Assembly: GCA_012295275.1 (NCBI GenBank)
Contig: CM022671.1
Coordinates: 9,486,001-9,550,000, forward strand
Direction of reading: 5' to 3'
DNA length: 64,000 bases
DNA from: Chrysomallon squamiferum
Lineage: Eukaryota; Animalia; Mollusca
A program made the position numbers and the translations under genes. Below the pieces are notes generated by a model. That model was not told the DNA's origin, ran no database searches, and saw only the letters and a list, made by a program, of their open reading frames with translations. Below, in pieces: positions 52,986 to 64,000 of this stretch. Every line of letters begins with the position of its first letter. Within the stretch, counting starts at the first letter, position 1.

Positions 52986-55900
52986 TCGATTTGTTTAGTT
53001 AATTACTTCAATCTTTATTCATTCTTCCGTTTTCGTCATTCGCTAACCTGCTTCAATGTTTTCTTTCTTTTCTTTCTTTCCTTCGTACTTATTTCTTTCT
53101 ATCTTTACTTCTTTCTTTTCTTTCCATCTTTTCTATCTATTTCATTTTTTTCATTCTTTCCATCCTTCTTTATTTTACATATTATATTTATTTATTATTT
53201 CTCGTATATTTTTAATCAGTTCATACACTCTGCTCTCACTGACTGTTTATTTATGCTTTTGTAATCGAATTTTCTTTGTTATTTTCTTAATTCTGCGTTT
53301 AAAGAGTACCACACTTGGATATCTTTTATTTGTTATTTCTATCTTTATTCATTCTTCCGTTTTGTTCATTCGCTCGCCTGCTTCAATGTTTTCTGTCTTT
53401 TCTTTCTTTTCTTTCTACCTTTAATTCTTTCTTTTCCACCTTTCTTTCTTTCTTTCTTTCTTTCTTTCCATATTTTCTATCGTTTGTTTCGTTTCTTTCA
53501 TTCTTTCCATCATTCTTTTTTTTTCATATTATGATTTATTTATTATTTATTTATCATACATTTTTAATCAGTTCATATACTCTGCTCTCACTGACTGTTT
53601 ATTTATGCTTTTGTAATCGAATTTTCTTTGTTATTTTCTTAATTACAGTGAACACATCTCGCATGAGGTAGGCTATTTTAACTATACCAGTGAACACATC
53701 TCACATAAGCGAGGCGACTCTAAAAAGCAGTGAACACATCTCATATAAGGGATGTGACTCTAAAAAGCAGTGAACACATGTCACATAAGGGAGGTGACTC
53801 TGAAAAGCAGTGAACACATCTCTTTCCTTCGTTCTTTCTTTTCCACCGTTCTTTCTTTCTTTCTTTCCATATTTTCTATCTTTTGTTTCCTTTCTTTCAT
53901 TCTTTCCACCATTCTTTTTTTTTCGTATGATTTATTTATTATTTCTCGTATATTTTTAATCAGTTCATACACTCTGCTCTCACTGACTGTTTATTTATCC
54001 TTTTTTTATCGAATTTTCTTTGTTATTTTCTTAATTCCAGTGAACACATCTCGCATGACATAGGCTATTGTAACTATACTAGTGAACATATCTCGGATAA
54101 GGGCCGGCACGTTAAATGTACCAGTGAACACATCTCACATAAGGGAGGCGACTCTAAAAAGCACTGAACACATCTCACATAAGGGAGGCGACTCTAAAAT
54201 ACACTGAACACATATCACATAAGGGATGCCACTCTAAATATACCAGTGAATACATCTCTCATAAGGGAGGCCACTCTAAATTTAGCAGTGAATACAACTC
54301 GCATACGTTTTATTTATTTTTTCTTCAGTCAGTTAGTATTCTCCCTTTTCTTTCTCAGTAATCAAATGAAAAAATTCAGTATGGAAATTCTTAACCTGCT
54401 AATCAATGCATCCTACATATGATTTTATATTTTATTTTGAATAAAAGCTGAAAAGAATGCTGCGTTTAAAGAGTACCACGCTTGGATATTTTTTATTAGT
54501 TATTTCTATCTTTATTCATTCTTCCGTTTTGTTCAGTCGCTCGCCTGCTTCAATGTTTTCTTTCTTTTCTTTCTTTCTTTCCTTCGTTCTTTCTTTTCCA
54601 CCTTTCTTTCTTTCTTTCTTTCTTTATTTCTTTCCATATTTTCTATCGTTTGTTTCCTTTCTTTCATTCTTTCCACCATTCTTTTTTTTTCAAATTATGA
54701 TTTATTTATTATTTATTTATCATACATTTTTAATCAGTTCATACACTCTGCTCTCACTGACTGTTTATTTATGCTTTTGTAATCGAATTTTCTTTGTCAT
54801 TTTCTTAATACCACTGAACACATCTCGAATGAGGTAGGCTATCGCAACTATACTAGTGAACACATCTCACAAAAGGGAGGCCACTCTAAATATAACAGTG
54901 AACACATGTCGCATAAACTTTTCCAGTTTTTTTTTCTTTTTCTTCAGTCTGTTAATATTCCCTGTTTTCTTTCTCTGTAATCAAATGAAAAAATTCAGTA
55001 TGGAAATTCTTAACCTGCTAATCAATACAGTCTACATATGATTTTAAATTTTATTTCGAATAAAACCTGAACAGATTGCTGTGTTTAAAAAGTACCAGAC
55101 TTCGATTTGTTTAGTTAATTATTTCAATCTTTATTCATTCTTCCGTTTTCTTCATTTGCTAACCTGCTTCAATGTTTTCTTTCTTTCCTTCGTTCTTATT
55201 TCTTTCTATCTTTACTTCTTTCTTTTCTTTCCATCTTTTCTATCTATTTCCTTTCTTTCATTCTTTCCATCCTTCTTTATTTTACATATTATATTTATTT
55301 ATTATTTCTCGTTATTATTTTTAATCAGTTCATGCACTCTGCTCTCACTGACTGTTTATTTATGCTTTTGTAATCGAATTTTCTTTGTTATTTTCTTAAT
55401 TCCATTGAACACATTCCGCATGAGGCAGGCTATTGTAACTATACTAGTGAACAAATCTCGGATAAGGGCCGGCACTCTAAATATACCAGTGAACACATCT
55501 CACATAAGGGAGGCGACTCTAAAAAGCAGTGAACACATCTCACATAAGGGAGGCCACTCTAAATATAACAGTGAACACATCTCACGTAAGGGAAGCCACT
55601 CTAAATATACCAGTGAATACATCTCACATAAGGGAGGCCACTCTAACTTTACCAGTGAACACAACTCGCATAAATTTTATTTATTTTTTCTTCAGTCAGT
55701 TAGTATTCTCCCCTTTCTTTCTCAGTAAGGAAATGAAGAAACTCAGTATGGAAATTCTTAAGATGCTAATCAATGCAGTCTACATATGATTTTATATTTT
55801 ATTTTGAATAAAAGCTGAAAAGAATGCTGCGTTTAAAGAGTACTACGATTGGATATCTCTTATTAGTTATTTCTATCTTTATTCATTCTTCCGTTTTGTT

Positions 55901-58900
55901 CATTCGCTCGCCTGCTTCAATGTTTTCTTTCTTTTCTTTCTTTTCTTTCTACCTTTAATTCTTTCTTTTCCACCTTTCTTTCTTTCTTTCTTTCTTTCCA
56001 TATTTTCTATCGTTTGTTTCGTTTCTTTCATTCTTTCCATCATTCTTTTTTTTTCATATTATGATTTATTTATTATTTATTTATCATACATTTTTAATCA
56101 GTTCATATACTCTGCTCTCACTGACTGTTTATTTATGCTTTTGTAATCGAATTTTCTTTGTTATTTTCTTAATTACAGTGAACACATCTCGCATGAGGTA
56201 GGCTATTTTAACTATACCAGTGAACACATCTCACATAAGCGAGGCGACTCTAAAAAGCAGTGAACACATCTCACTTAACGGAGGCCACTCTAAATATACC
56301 AGTGAACACATCTCACATAAGGGAGGCCACTCTAAATATAGCAGTGAATACATCTCACATAAGGGAAGCCACTCTAAATATACCAGTGAACACATCTCAC
56401 ATAAGGGAGGCGACTCTAAATATAGCAGTGAACACATGTCACATAAGGGAGGCCACTCTAAATATAGCAGTGAATACATCTCACATAAGGGAAGCCACTC
56501 TAAATATACAAGTGAACACATCTCACATAAGGGAGGCGACTCTAAAAAGCAGTGAACACATCTCACATAAGGGAGGCGACTCTGAAAAGCAGTGAACACA
56601 TGTCACATAAGGGAGGTGACTCTGAAAAGCAGTGAACACATCTCACATAAGGGAGGTGACTCTAAAAAGCAGTGAACACATCTCACCTAAGGGAGGTGAC
56701 TCTGAAAAGCAGTGAACACATGTCACATAAGGGATGCGACTCTAAATATACCAGTGAATACATCTCTCATAAGGGAGGCCATTCTAAATTTATGAGTGAA
56801 AACAACTCGCATAAGTTTTATTTATTTTTTCTTCAGTCAGTTAGTATTCTCCCTTTTCTGTCTCAGTAAGTAAATGAAGAAATTCAGTACGGAAATTCTT
56901 AACCTGCTAATCAATGCAGTCTACATATGATTTTATATTTTATTTTGAATAAAAGCTGAAAAGAATGCTGCGTTTAAAGAGTACCACGCTTGGATATTTT
57001 TTATTAGTTATTTCTATCTTTATTCATTCTTCCGTTTTGTTCAGTCGCTCGCCTGCTTCAATGTTTTCTTTCTTTTCTTTCTTTCCTTCGTTCTTTCTTT
57101 TCCACCTTTCTTTCTTTCTTTCTTTATTTCTTTCCATATTTTCTATCGTTTGTTTCCTTTCTTTCATTCTTTCCACCATTTTTTTTTTTCAAATTATGAT
57201 TTATTTATTATTTATTGTTCAAACACTCTGCTCTCACTGACTGTTTATTTATGCTTTTGTAATCGAATTTTCTTTGTTATTTTCTTAATACCACTGGAAC
57301 ACATCTCGCATGAGGTAGGCTATTGTAACTATACTAGTGAACACATCTCGCATAAGGGAGGGCACTCTAAATATACCAGTGAACAGATCTCACATAAGGG
57401 AGGCGAATCTAAAAACCAGTGAACACATCTCACAAAGGGAGGCCACTCTAAATATAACAGTGAACACATGTCGCATAAACTTTTCCTTTTTTTTTTTTTT
57501 CTTCAGTCTGTTAATATTCCCTGTTTTCTTTCTCTGTAATCAAATGAAAAATTCAGTATGGAAATTCTTAACCTGCTAATCAATACAGTCTACATATGAT
57601 TTTAAATTTTATTTCGAATAAAACCTGAACAGATTGCTGTGTTTAAAAGTACCAGACTTCGATTTGTTTAGTTAATTTTTTCAATCTTTATTCATTCTTC
57701 CGTTTTGTTCATTTGCTAACCTGCTTCAATGTTTTCTTACTTTTCTTTCTTTCCTTCGTGTTTTTTTCTTTCTATCTTTACTTCTTTCTTTTTACATTTC
57801 TTTCTTTCTTTTCTATCTTTTCCTTTCTTTCTATCTTTGGTTTCCTTTCATTCTTTTTTACATTTTATATTTATTTATTATTTATTTATTTATTATTTTT
57901 AATCAGTTCATACAGTCTGCTCTCACTGACTGTTTATTTATGCTTTTTGTAATCGAATTTTCTTTGTTATTTTCTTAATTCCAGTGAACACATCTCGCAT
58001 GAGGTAGGCTATTGTAACTATACTAGTGAACAAATCTCGGATAAGGGTCGGCACGCTAAATATACCAGTGAACACATCTCACATAAGGGAGGCGACTCTA
58101 AAAACCAGTGAACACATCTCACATAAGGGAGGCCACTCTAAATATAACAGTGAACACATCTCACATAAGGGGAGGCCACTCTAAAAACCAGTGAACACAT
58201 CTCACATAAGGGAGGCCACTCTAAATATACCAGTGAACACAACTCGCATAAATTTTATTTATTTTTTCTTCAGTCAGTTAGTATTCTCTCTTTCTTTCTC
58301 AGTAAGGAAATGAAGAAATTCAGTATGGAAATTCTTAAGATGCTAATCAATGCAGTCTACATATGATTTTATATTTTATTTTGAATAAAAGCTGAAAAGA
58401 ATCCTGCGTTTAAAGAGTACTACGATTGGATATCTTTTATTAGTTTTTTCTATCTTTATTCATTCTTCCGTTTTGTTCATTCGCTCACCTGCTTCAATGT
58501 TTTCTTTCTTTTCTTTCTTTCCTTCGTTGTTTCTTCTCTTTCTACCTTTACTTCTTTCTTTTCTACCTTTCTTTCTTTCTTTCTTTCTTTCCATATTTTC
58601 TATCTTTGTTTCCTTTCTTTCATTCTTTCCATCATTTTTTTTTTTTCATATTATGATTTATTTATTATTTATTTATCATACATCTTTAATCAGATCATAC
58701 ACTCTGCTCTCACTGACTGTTTATTTATGCTTTTGTAATCGAATTTTCTTTGTTATTTTCTTAATTCCAGTGAACACATCTCGCATGAGGTAGGCTATTG
58801 TAACTATACTAGTGAACACATCTCGCATAAGGGAGGGCACTCTAAATATACGAATGAACACATCTCACATAAGGGAGGCGACTCTAAAAACCAGTGAACA

Positions 58901-61900
58901 CATCTCACATAAGGGAAGCCACTGTAAATATACCAGTGAACACATCTCACATAAGGGAGGCGACTCTAAAAAGCAGTGAACACATGTCACATAAGGGAGG
59001 CCACTCTAAATATATCAGTGAACACATCTCACATAAGGGAGGCCACTCTAAATATCCCAGTGAATACATCTCACATAAGGGAGGCCACTCTAAATTTACC
59101 AGTGAACACAACTCGCATAAGTTTCATTTCTTTTTTCGTCAGTCAGTTAGTATTCTCTCTTTTCTTTGTGAGTGATCAAATGAAGAAATTCAGTATGCTA
59201 ATCAATGCAGTCTACATATGATTTTATATTTTATTTTGAATAAAACCTGAAAAGAATCCTGCGTTTAAAGAGGACTATGCTTCGATATCTTTTATTAGTT
59301 TTTTCTATCTTTATTCATTCTTCCGTTTTGTTCATTCGCTCACCTTCTTCAATGTTTTCTTACTTTTCTTTCTTTCCTTCGTTGTTTGTTTTCTTTCTAA
59401 CTTTACTTCTTTCTTTTCTACCTTTCTTTCTTTCTTTCTTTCTTTCCATATTTTCTATCTTTGGTTTCCTTTCTTTCATTCTTTCCATCATTCTTTTTTT
59501 TTTCATATTATGATTTATTTATTATTTATTCATCATACATTTTTATCACTTCATACAGTCTGCTCTCACTGACTGCTTATTTATGCTTTTGTAATCGAAT
59601 TTTCTTTGTTATTTTCTTAATTCCAGTGAACACATCTCGCACGAGGTAGGCTATTGTAACTATACTAGTGAACACATCTCGGATAAGGGAGAGCACTCTA
59701 AATATACCAGTGAACACATCTCACATAAGGGAGGCGACTCTAGAAACCAGTGAACACATCTCACATAAGGGAAGCCACTCTAAATATACCAGTGAACACA
59801 TCTCACATAAGGGAGGCCACTCTAAAAAGCAGAGAACACATGTCACATAAGGGAGGCCACTCTAAATATAGCAGTGAGTACATCTCACATAAGGGAAGCC
59901 ACTCTAAATATACCAGTGAACACAACTCGCATAAGTTTCATTTCTTTTTTCGTCAGTCAGTTAGTATTCTCTCTTTTCTTTCTCAGTAATCAAATGAAGA
60001 AATTCAGTATGGAAATTCTTAACCTGCTAATCAATGCAGTCTACATATGATTTTATATTTTGTTTTGAATAAAAGCTGAAAAGGATCCTGCGTTTAAAGA
60101 GTACTACGCTTCGATATCTTTTATTAGTTTTTTCTATATTTATTCATTCTTCCGTTTTGTTCATTCGCTCACCTGCTTCAACGTTTTCTTTCTTTTCTTT
60201 CTTTCCTTCGTTGTTTCTTCTCTTTCTACCTTTACTTCTTTCTTTTCTACCTTTCTTTCTTTCTTTCTTTCTTTCCATATTTTCTATCTTTGGTTTCCTT
60301 TCTTTCATTCTTTCCATCATTCTTTGTTTTTTCATATTATGATTTATTTATTATTTATTTATCATACATCTTTAATCAGATCATACACTCTGCTCTCACT
60401 GACTGTTTATTTATGCTTTTGTAATCGAATTTTCTTTGTTATTTTCTTAATTCCAGTGAACACATCTCGCATGAGGTAGGCTATTGTAACTATACTAGTG
60501 AACACATCTCGCATAAGGGAGGGCACTCTAAATATACGAATGAACACATCTCACATAAGGGAGGCGACTCTAAAAACCAGTGAACACATCTCACATAAGG
60601 GAAGCCACTGTAAATATACCAGTGAACACATCTCACATAAGGGAGGCGACTCTAAAAAGCAGTGAACACATGTCACATAAGGGAGGCCACTCTAAATATA
60701 GCAGTGAACACATCTCACATAAGGGAGGCCACTCTAAATATCCCAGTGAATACATCTCACATAAGGGAGGCCACTCTGAATTTACCAGTAAACACAACTC
60801 GCATAATTTCATTTCTTTTTTCGTCAGTCAGTTAGTATTCTCTCTTTTCTTTGTGAGTGATCAAATGAAGAAATTCAGTATGCTAATCAATGCAGTCTAC
60901 ATATGATTTTATATTTTATTTTGAATAAAACCTGAAAAGAATCCTGCGTTTAAAGAGTACTATGCTTCGATATCTTTTATTAGTTTTTTCTATCTTTATT
61001 CATTCTTCCGTTTTGTTCATTCGCTCACCTTCTTCAATGTTTTCTTACTTTTCTTTCTTTCCTTCGTTGTTTGTTTTCTTTCTAACTTTACTTCTTTCTT
61101 TTCTACCTTTCTTTCTTTCTTTCTTTCTTTCTTTCCATATTTTCTATCTTTGGTTTCCTTTCTTTCATTCTTTCCATCATTCTTTTTTTTTTCATATTAT
61201 GATTTATTTATTATTTATTCATCATACATTTTTATCACTTCATACAGTCTGCTCTCACTGACTGCTTATTTATGCTTTTGTAATCGAATTTTCTTTGTTA
61301 TTTTCTTAATTCCAGTGAACACATCTCGCACGAGGTAGGCTATTGTAACTATACTAGTGAACACATCTCGGATAAGGGAGAGCACTCTAAATATACCAGT
61401 GAACACATCTCACATAAGGGAGGCGACTCTAGAAACCAGTGAACACATCTCACATAAGGGAAGCCACTCTAAATATACCAGTGAACACATCTCACATAAG
61501 GGAGGCCACTCTAAAAAGCAGTGAACACATGTCACATAAGGGAGGCCTCTCTAAATATAGCAGTTAGTACATCTCACATAAGGGAAGCCACTCTAAATAT
61601 ACCAGTGAACACATCTCACATAAGGGAGGCCACTCTAAATATCCCAGTGAATACATCTCACATAAGGGAGGCCACTCTAAATTTACCAGTGAACACAACT
61701 CGCATAAGTTTCATTTCTTTTTTCGTCAGTCAGTTAGTATTCTCTCTTTTCTTTCTCAGTAATCAAATGAAGAAATTCAGTATGGAAATTCTTAACCTGC
61801 TAATCAATTCAGTCTACATATGATTTTATATTTTATTTTGAATAAAAGCCGAAAAGAATCCTGCGTTTAAAGAGTACTATGCTTCGATATCTTTTATTAG

Positions 61901-62475
61901 TTTTTTCTATCTTTATTCATTCTTTCGTTTTGTTCATTCGCTCACCTGCTTCAATGTTTTCTTTCTTTTCTTTCTTTCCTTCCTTGTTTCTTCTCTTTCT
62001 ACCTTTACTTCTTTCTTTTCTACCTTTCTTTCTTTCTTTCTTTCTTTCCATATTTTCTATCTTTGATTTCCTTTCTTTCATTTTTTTTTCATATTATGAT
62101 TTATTTATTATTTATTTATTTATTATTTTTAATCAGTTCATACACTCTGCTCTCACTGACTGTTTATTTATGCTTTTGTAATCGAATTTTCTTTGTTATT
62201 TTCTTAATTCCAGTGAACACATCTCGCACGAGGTAGGCTATTGTACCTATACTAGTGAACACATCTCGGATAAGGGAGAGCACTCTAAATATACCAGTGA
62301 ACACATCTCACATAAGGGAGGCGACTCTAAAAATCAGTGAACACATCTCACATAAGGGAGGCCACTCTGAAAAACAGTGAACACATGTCACATAAGGGAG
62401 GCCACTCTAAATATAGCAGTGAGTACATCTCACATAAGGGAAGGTACTCTAAATATACCAGTGAACACATCTCAA
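52980..62475. repeat. Complex satellite: ~13 units (0.35-1.1 kb), most comprising a pyrimidine-rich block plus a variable array of 40/42-bp subrepeats
   Basis: Anchor aatcgaattttctttgttattttcttaat recurs 13 times (53263 to 62180). Subrepeat cagtgaacacatctcacataagggaggc(c/g)actctaaa(tatac/aag). Confidence 0.97.
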
Positions 62476-62699
62476 GTGTTTGTGTTTATTGCGTATGTGA
62501 TAGAGTTTCATCTAAATTATTTTATTTTATTTCTTATATTTTTATTGATGATATATTGTTAATATTGTATTTTTATTGTAGTAAATAATTATTACTGTTT
62601 TATTATTATTGTTATTGTTAACCACAGAGAGAGGGAGGCCACTCTAAATATACCAGTGAATCAGAGTCTCACATAAGGGAGGCCAGAGATACTGAATTT

Positions 62700-63185
62700 A
62701 ACAATGAACACAACAAGGAGATAGACAGAGAGAGAGAAAGACACAGGGGTAGATACAGAGACAAAGGAGAGAGAGACACAGAGAAAGACACAGGGGTAGA
62801 TACAGAGACAAAGAGAGAGTGACAGAGAGATAGAGTGAGGAAGAGAGAGGACAGGAGAGAGAGAGAGACGGGGAGGGAGAGAGAGAGATAGAGAGACAGG
62901 AGAGGGAGAAGGAGAAGAAAAAGAGATAGGGACAGAGAGAGATAGAGAGATACAGGGAGAGTCAGACAGAGAGAGACATAGAGGGACAGAGAAAGAGAAA
63001 GAGAGAGCGACAGAGAGACAGATAGAAGAAGGGGTAGAGACAGGAAAGAGAGATAGAGAGACAACCAGAGCGAGAGATAGAGACAGGCAGAGAGAAAGAT
63101 AGTGAGAGAGAGAGAGAGAGAGACAAGCAGAGCCAGAAATAGAGAGACAGTCAGTCAGACAGACAGACAGACAGAGAGAAAGAGT
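62700..63185. repeat. GA/GACA-rich low-complexity tract
   Basis: Degenerate (GA)n/(GACA)n. Confidence 0.9.
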
Positions 63186-63189
63186 GATC

Positions 63190-63745
63190 TACACCGAGAA
63201 CATTCTACGCCAAAAAGTTCGAAACCAAACAGGTTCTTTCAATACTGGCTTCAGTGTGCTAATCAACAAAATGTCATTGGTGATTGACAGTAGGATGGCT
63301 GAAATTCAGACCATTTAAATTGAAGTATTCTGGTCATTCGTATAATGAATAACCAAATATATTGCAACTTCTGTCTGAATTATGGGTTCAAGTGTCTCAC
63401 GATTTTTTTTTCTCTAAACAAAAATAGCAACAGTGTGCACCTGTCTTCAGACTCAGGTTCCATCAATGCGTCTTCATGGATTCGGTTGTTTTCTGCTCTA
63501 GCTTTGCTATCAGCTGAATCACGGGCGTGGTCTCCTTGCAGCATCCTCCCTCTGTTGTATTACTGGCGCCCTGCAAACCGAGCTTCGTCGATTTTCAGTG
63601 CTCTTCATCAGTTCTTATCATTTCTCCACGATTGTTAACGGAAACAATTTGGGTACAAATGTTACGACACATGCTGAACCAATCACATATTGATTCGTTA
63701 CCTCAACCAGTCAACTCTTGCATGTTATCATAAGATGCATCTTCA
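63190..63745 (-). mobile_element. Merlin (eukaryotic IS1595/ISXO2-like) transposase relic
   Basis: Minus-strand fragments SICDWFSMCRNIC, KIDEARFAGRQ*YNRGRMLQGD, NRETLEPIIQTEV, HPTVNHQ*HFVD and SIERT, with stops and frameshifts. These match ISXO2-like DDE transposase motifs. Confidence 0.85.
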
Positions 63746-64000
63746 ATAAAATATAAAAAAGTTAATTCTAAAATTTGGCACAGAAAAAGATTGCAATGGT
63801 CTTTTTAATTAATTGAATTTTTGCTTCTTTTAGAATTGTATATGCATTCAGTAGGAGATATTTCTCTGTATATGTGTGTATGTGTGTGTTTGTGTGTATG
63901 GTTATATATACATACTAAGGAAACTAAAAATCATATCGTTTAGAATTATCTCCCTTTAGTGATATGTGTTCAGAAACACAGATTAGGTCCATTACTTGAG

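Noticed and set aside
748-63287. Numerous 60-200-aa ORFs rich in poly-I/L/F/Y or HT/CV/RE, and NTSHIREATL repeats
   Set aside because: Translations of microsatellites, T-tracts, N-gap and satellite subrepeats.

Overview
AT-rich, repeat-dominated animal genomic DNA. The 5S sequence and transposon families suggest a mollusc or other lophotrochozoan (inference). A 200-N scaffold gap lies at 31512-31711. No complete protein-coding gene is visible. Left of the gap are a ~5.1-kb 69-bp satellite, two diverged paralogous gene-like blocks ~16 kb apart, a family of pre-miRNA-like hairpins, and decayed transposons: an RNase H-bearing LINE, a full-length mariner with TIRs and TA target duplication, a piggyBac remnant, a SWIM/YqaJ-type (ISL2EU-like) remnant and a SWIM/MULE-like remnant. 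Right of the gap are several minisatellites, the first exon of a LigB/Memo-fold (TTE1956-like) gene, and a small 5S rDNA array (two variant 5S copies in a composite spacer). The array is cut off by a rearranged I/Nimb-type LINE, followed by a ~9.5-kb complex satellite and a Merlin (IS1595-related) transposase relic. Most ORFs in the supplied track are microsatellite or satellite artefacts. Protein family calls rest on motifs recognised by eye, not on database searches.
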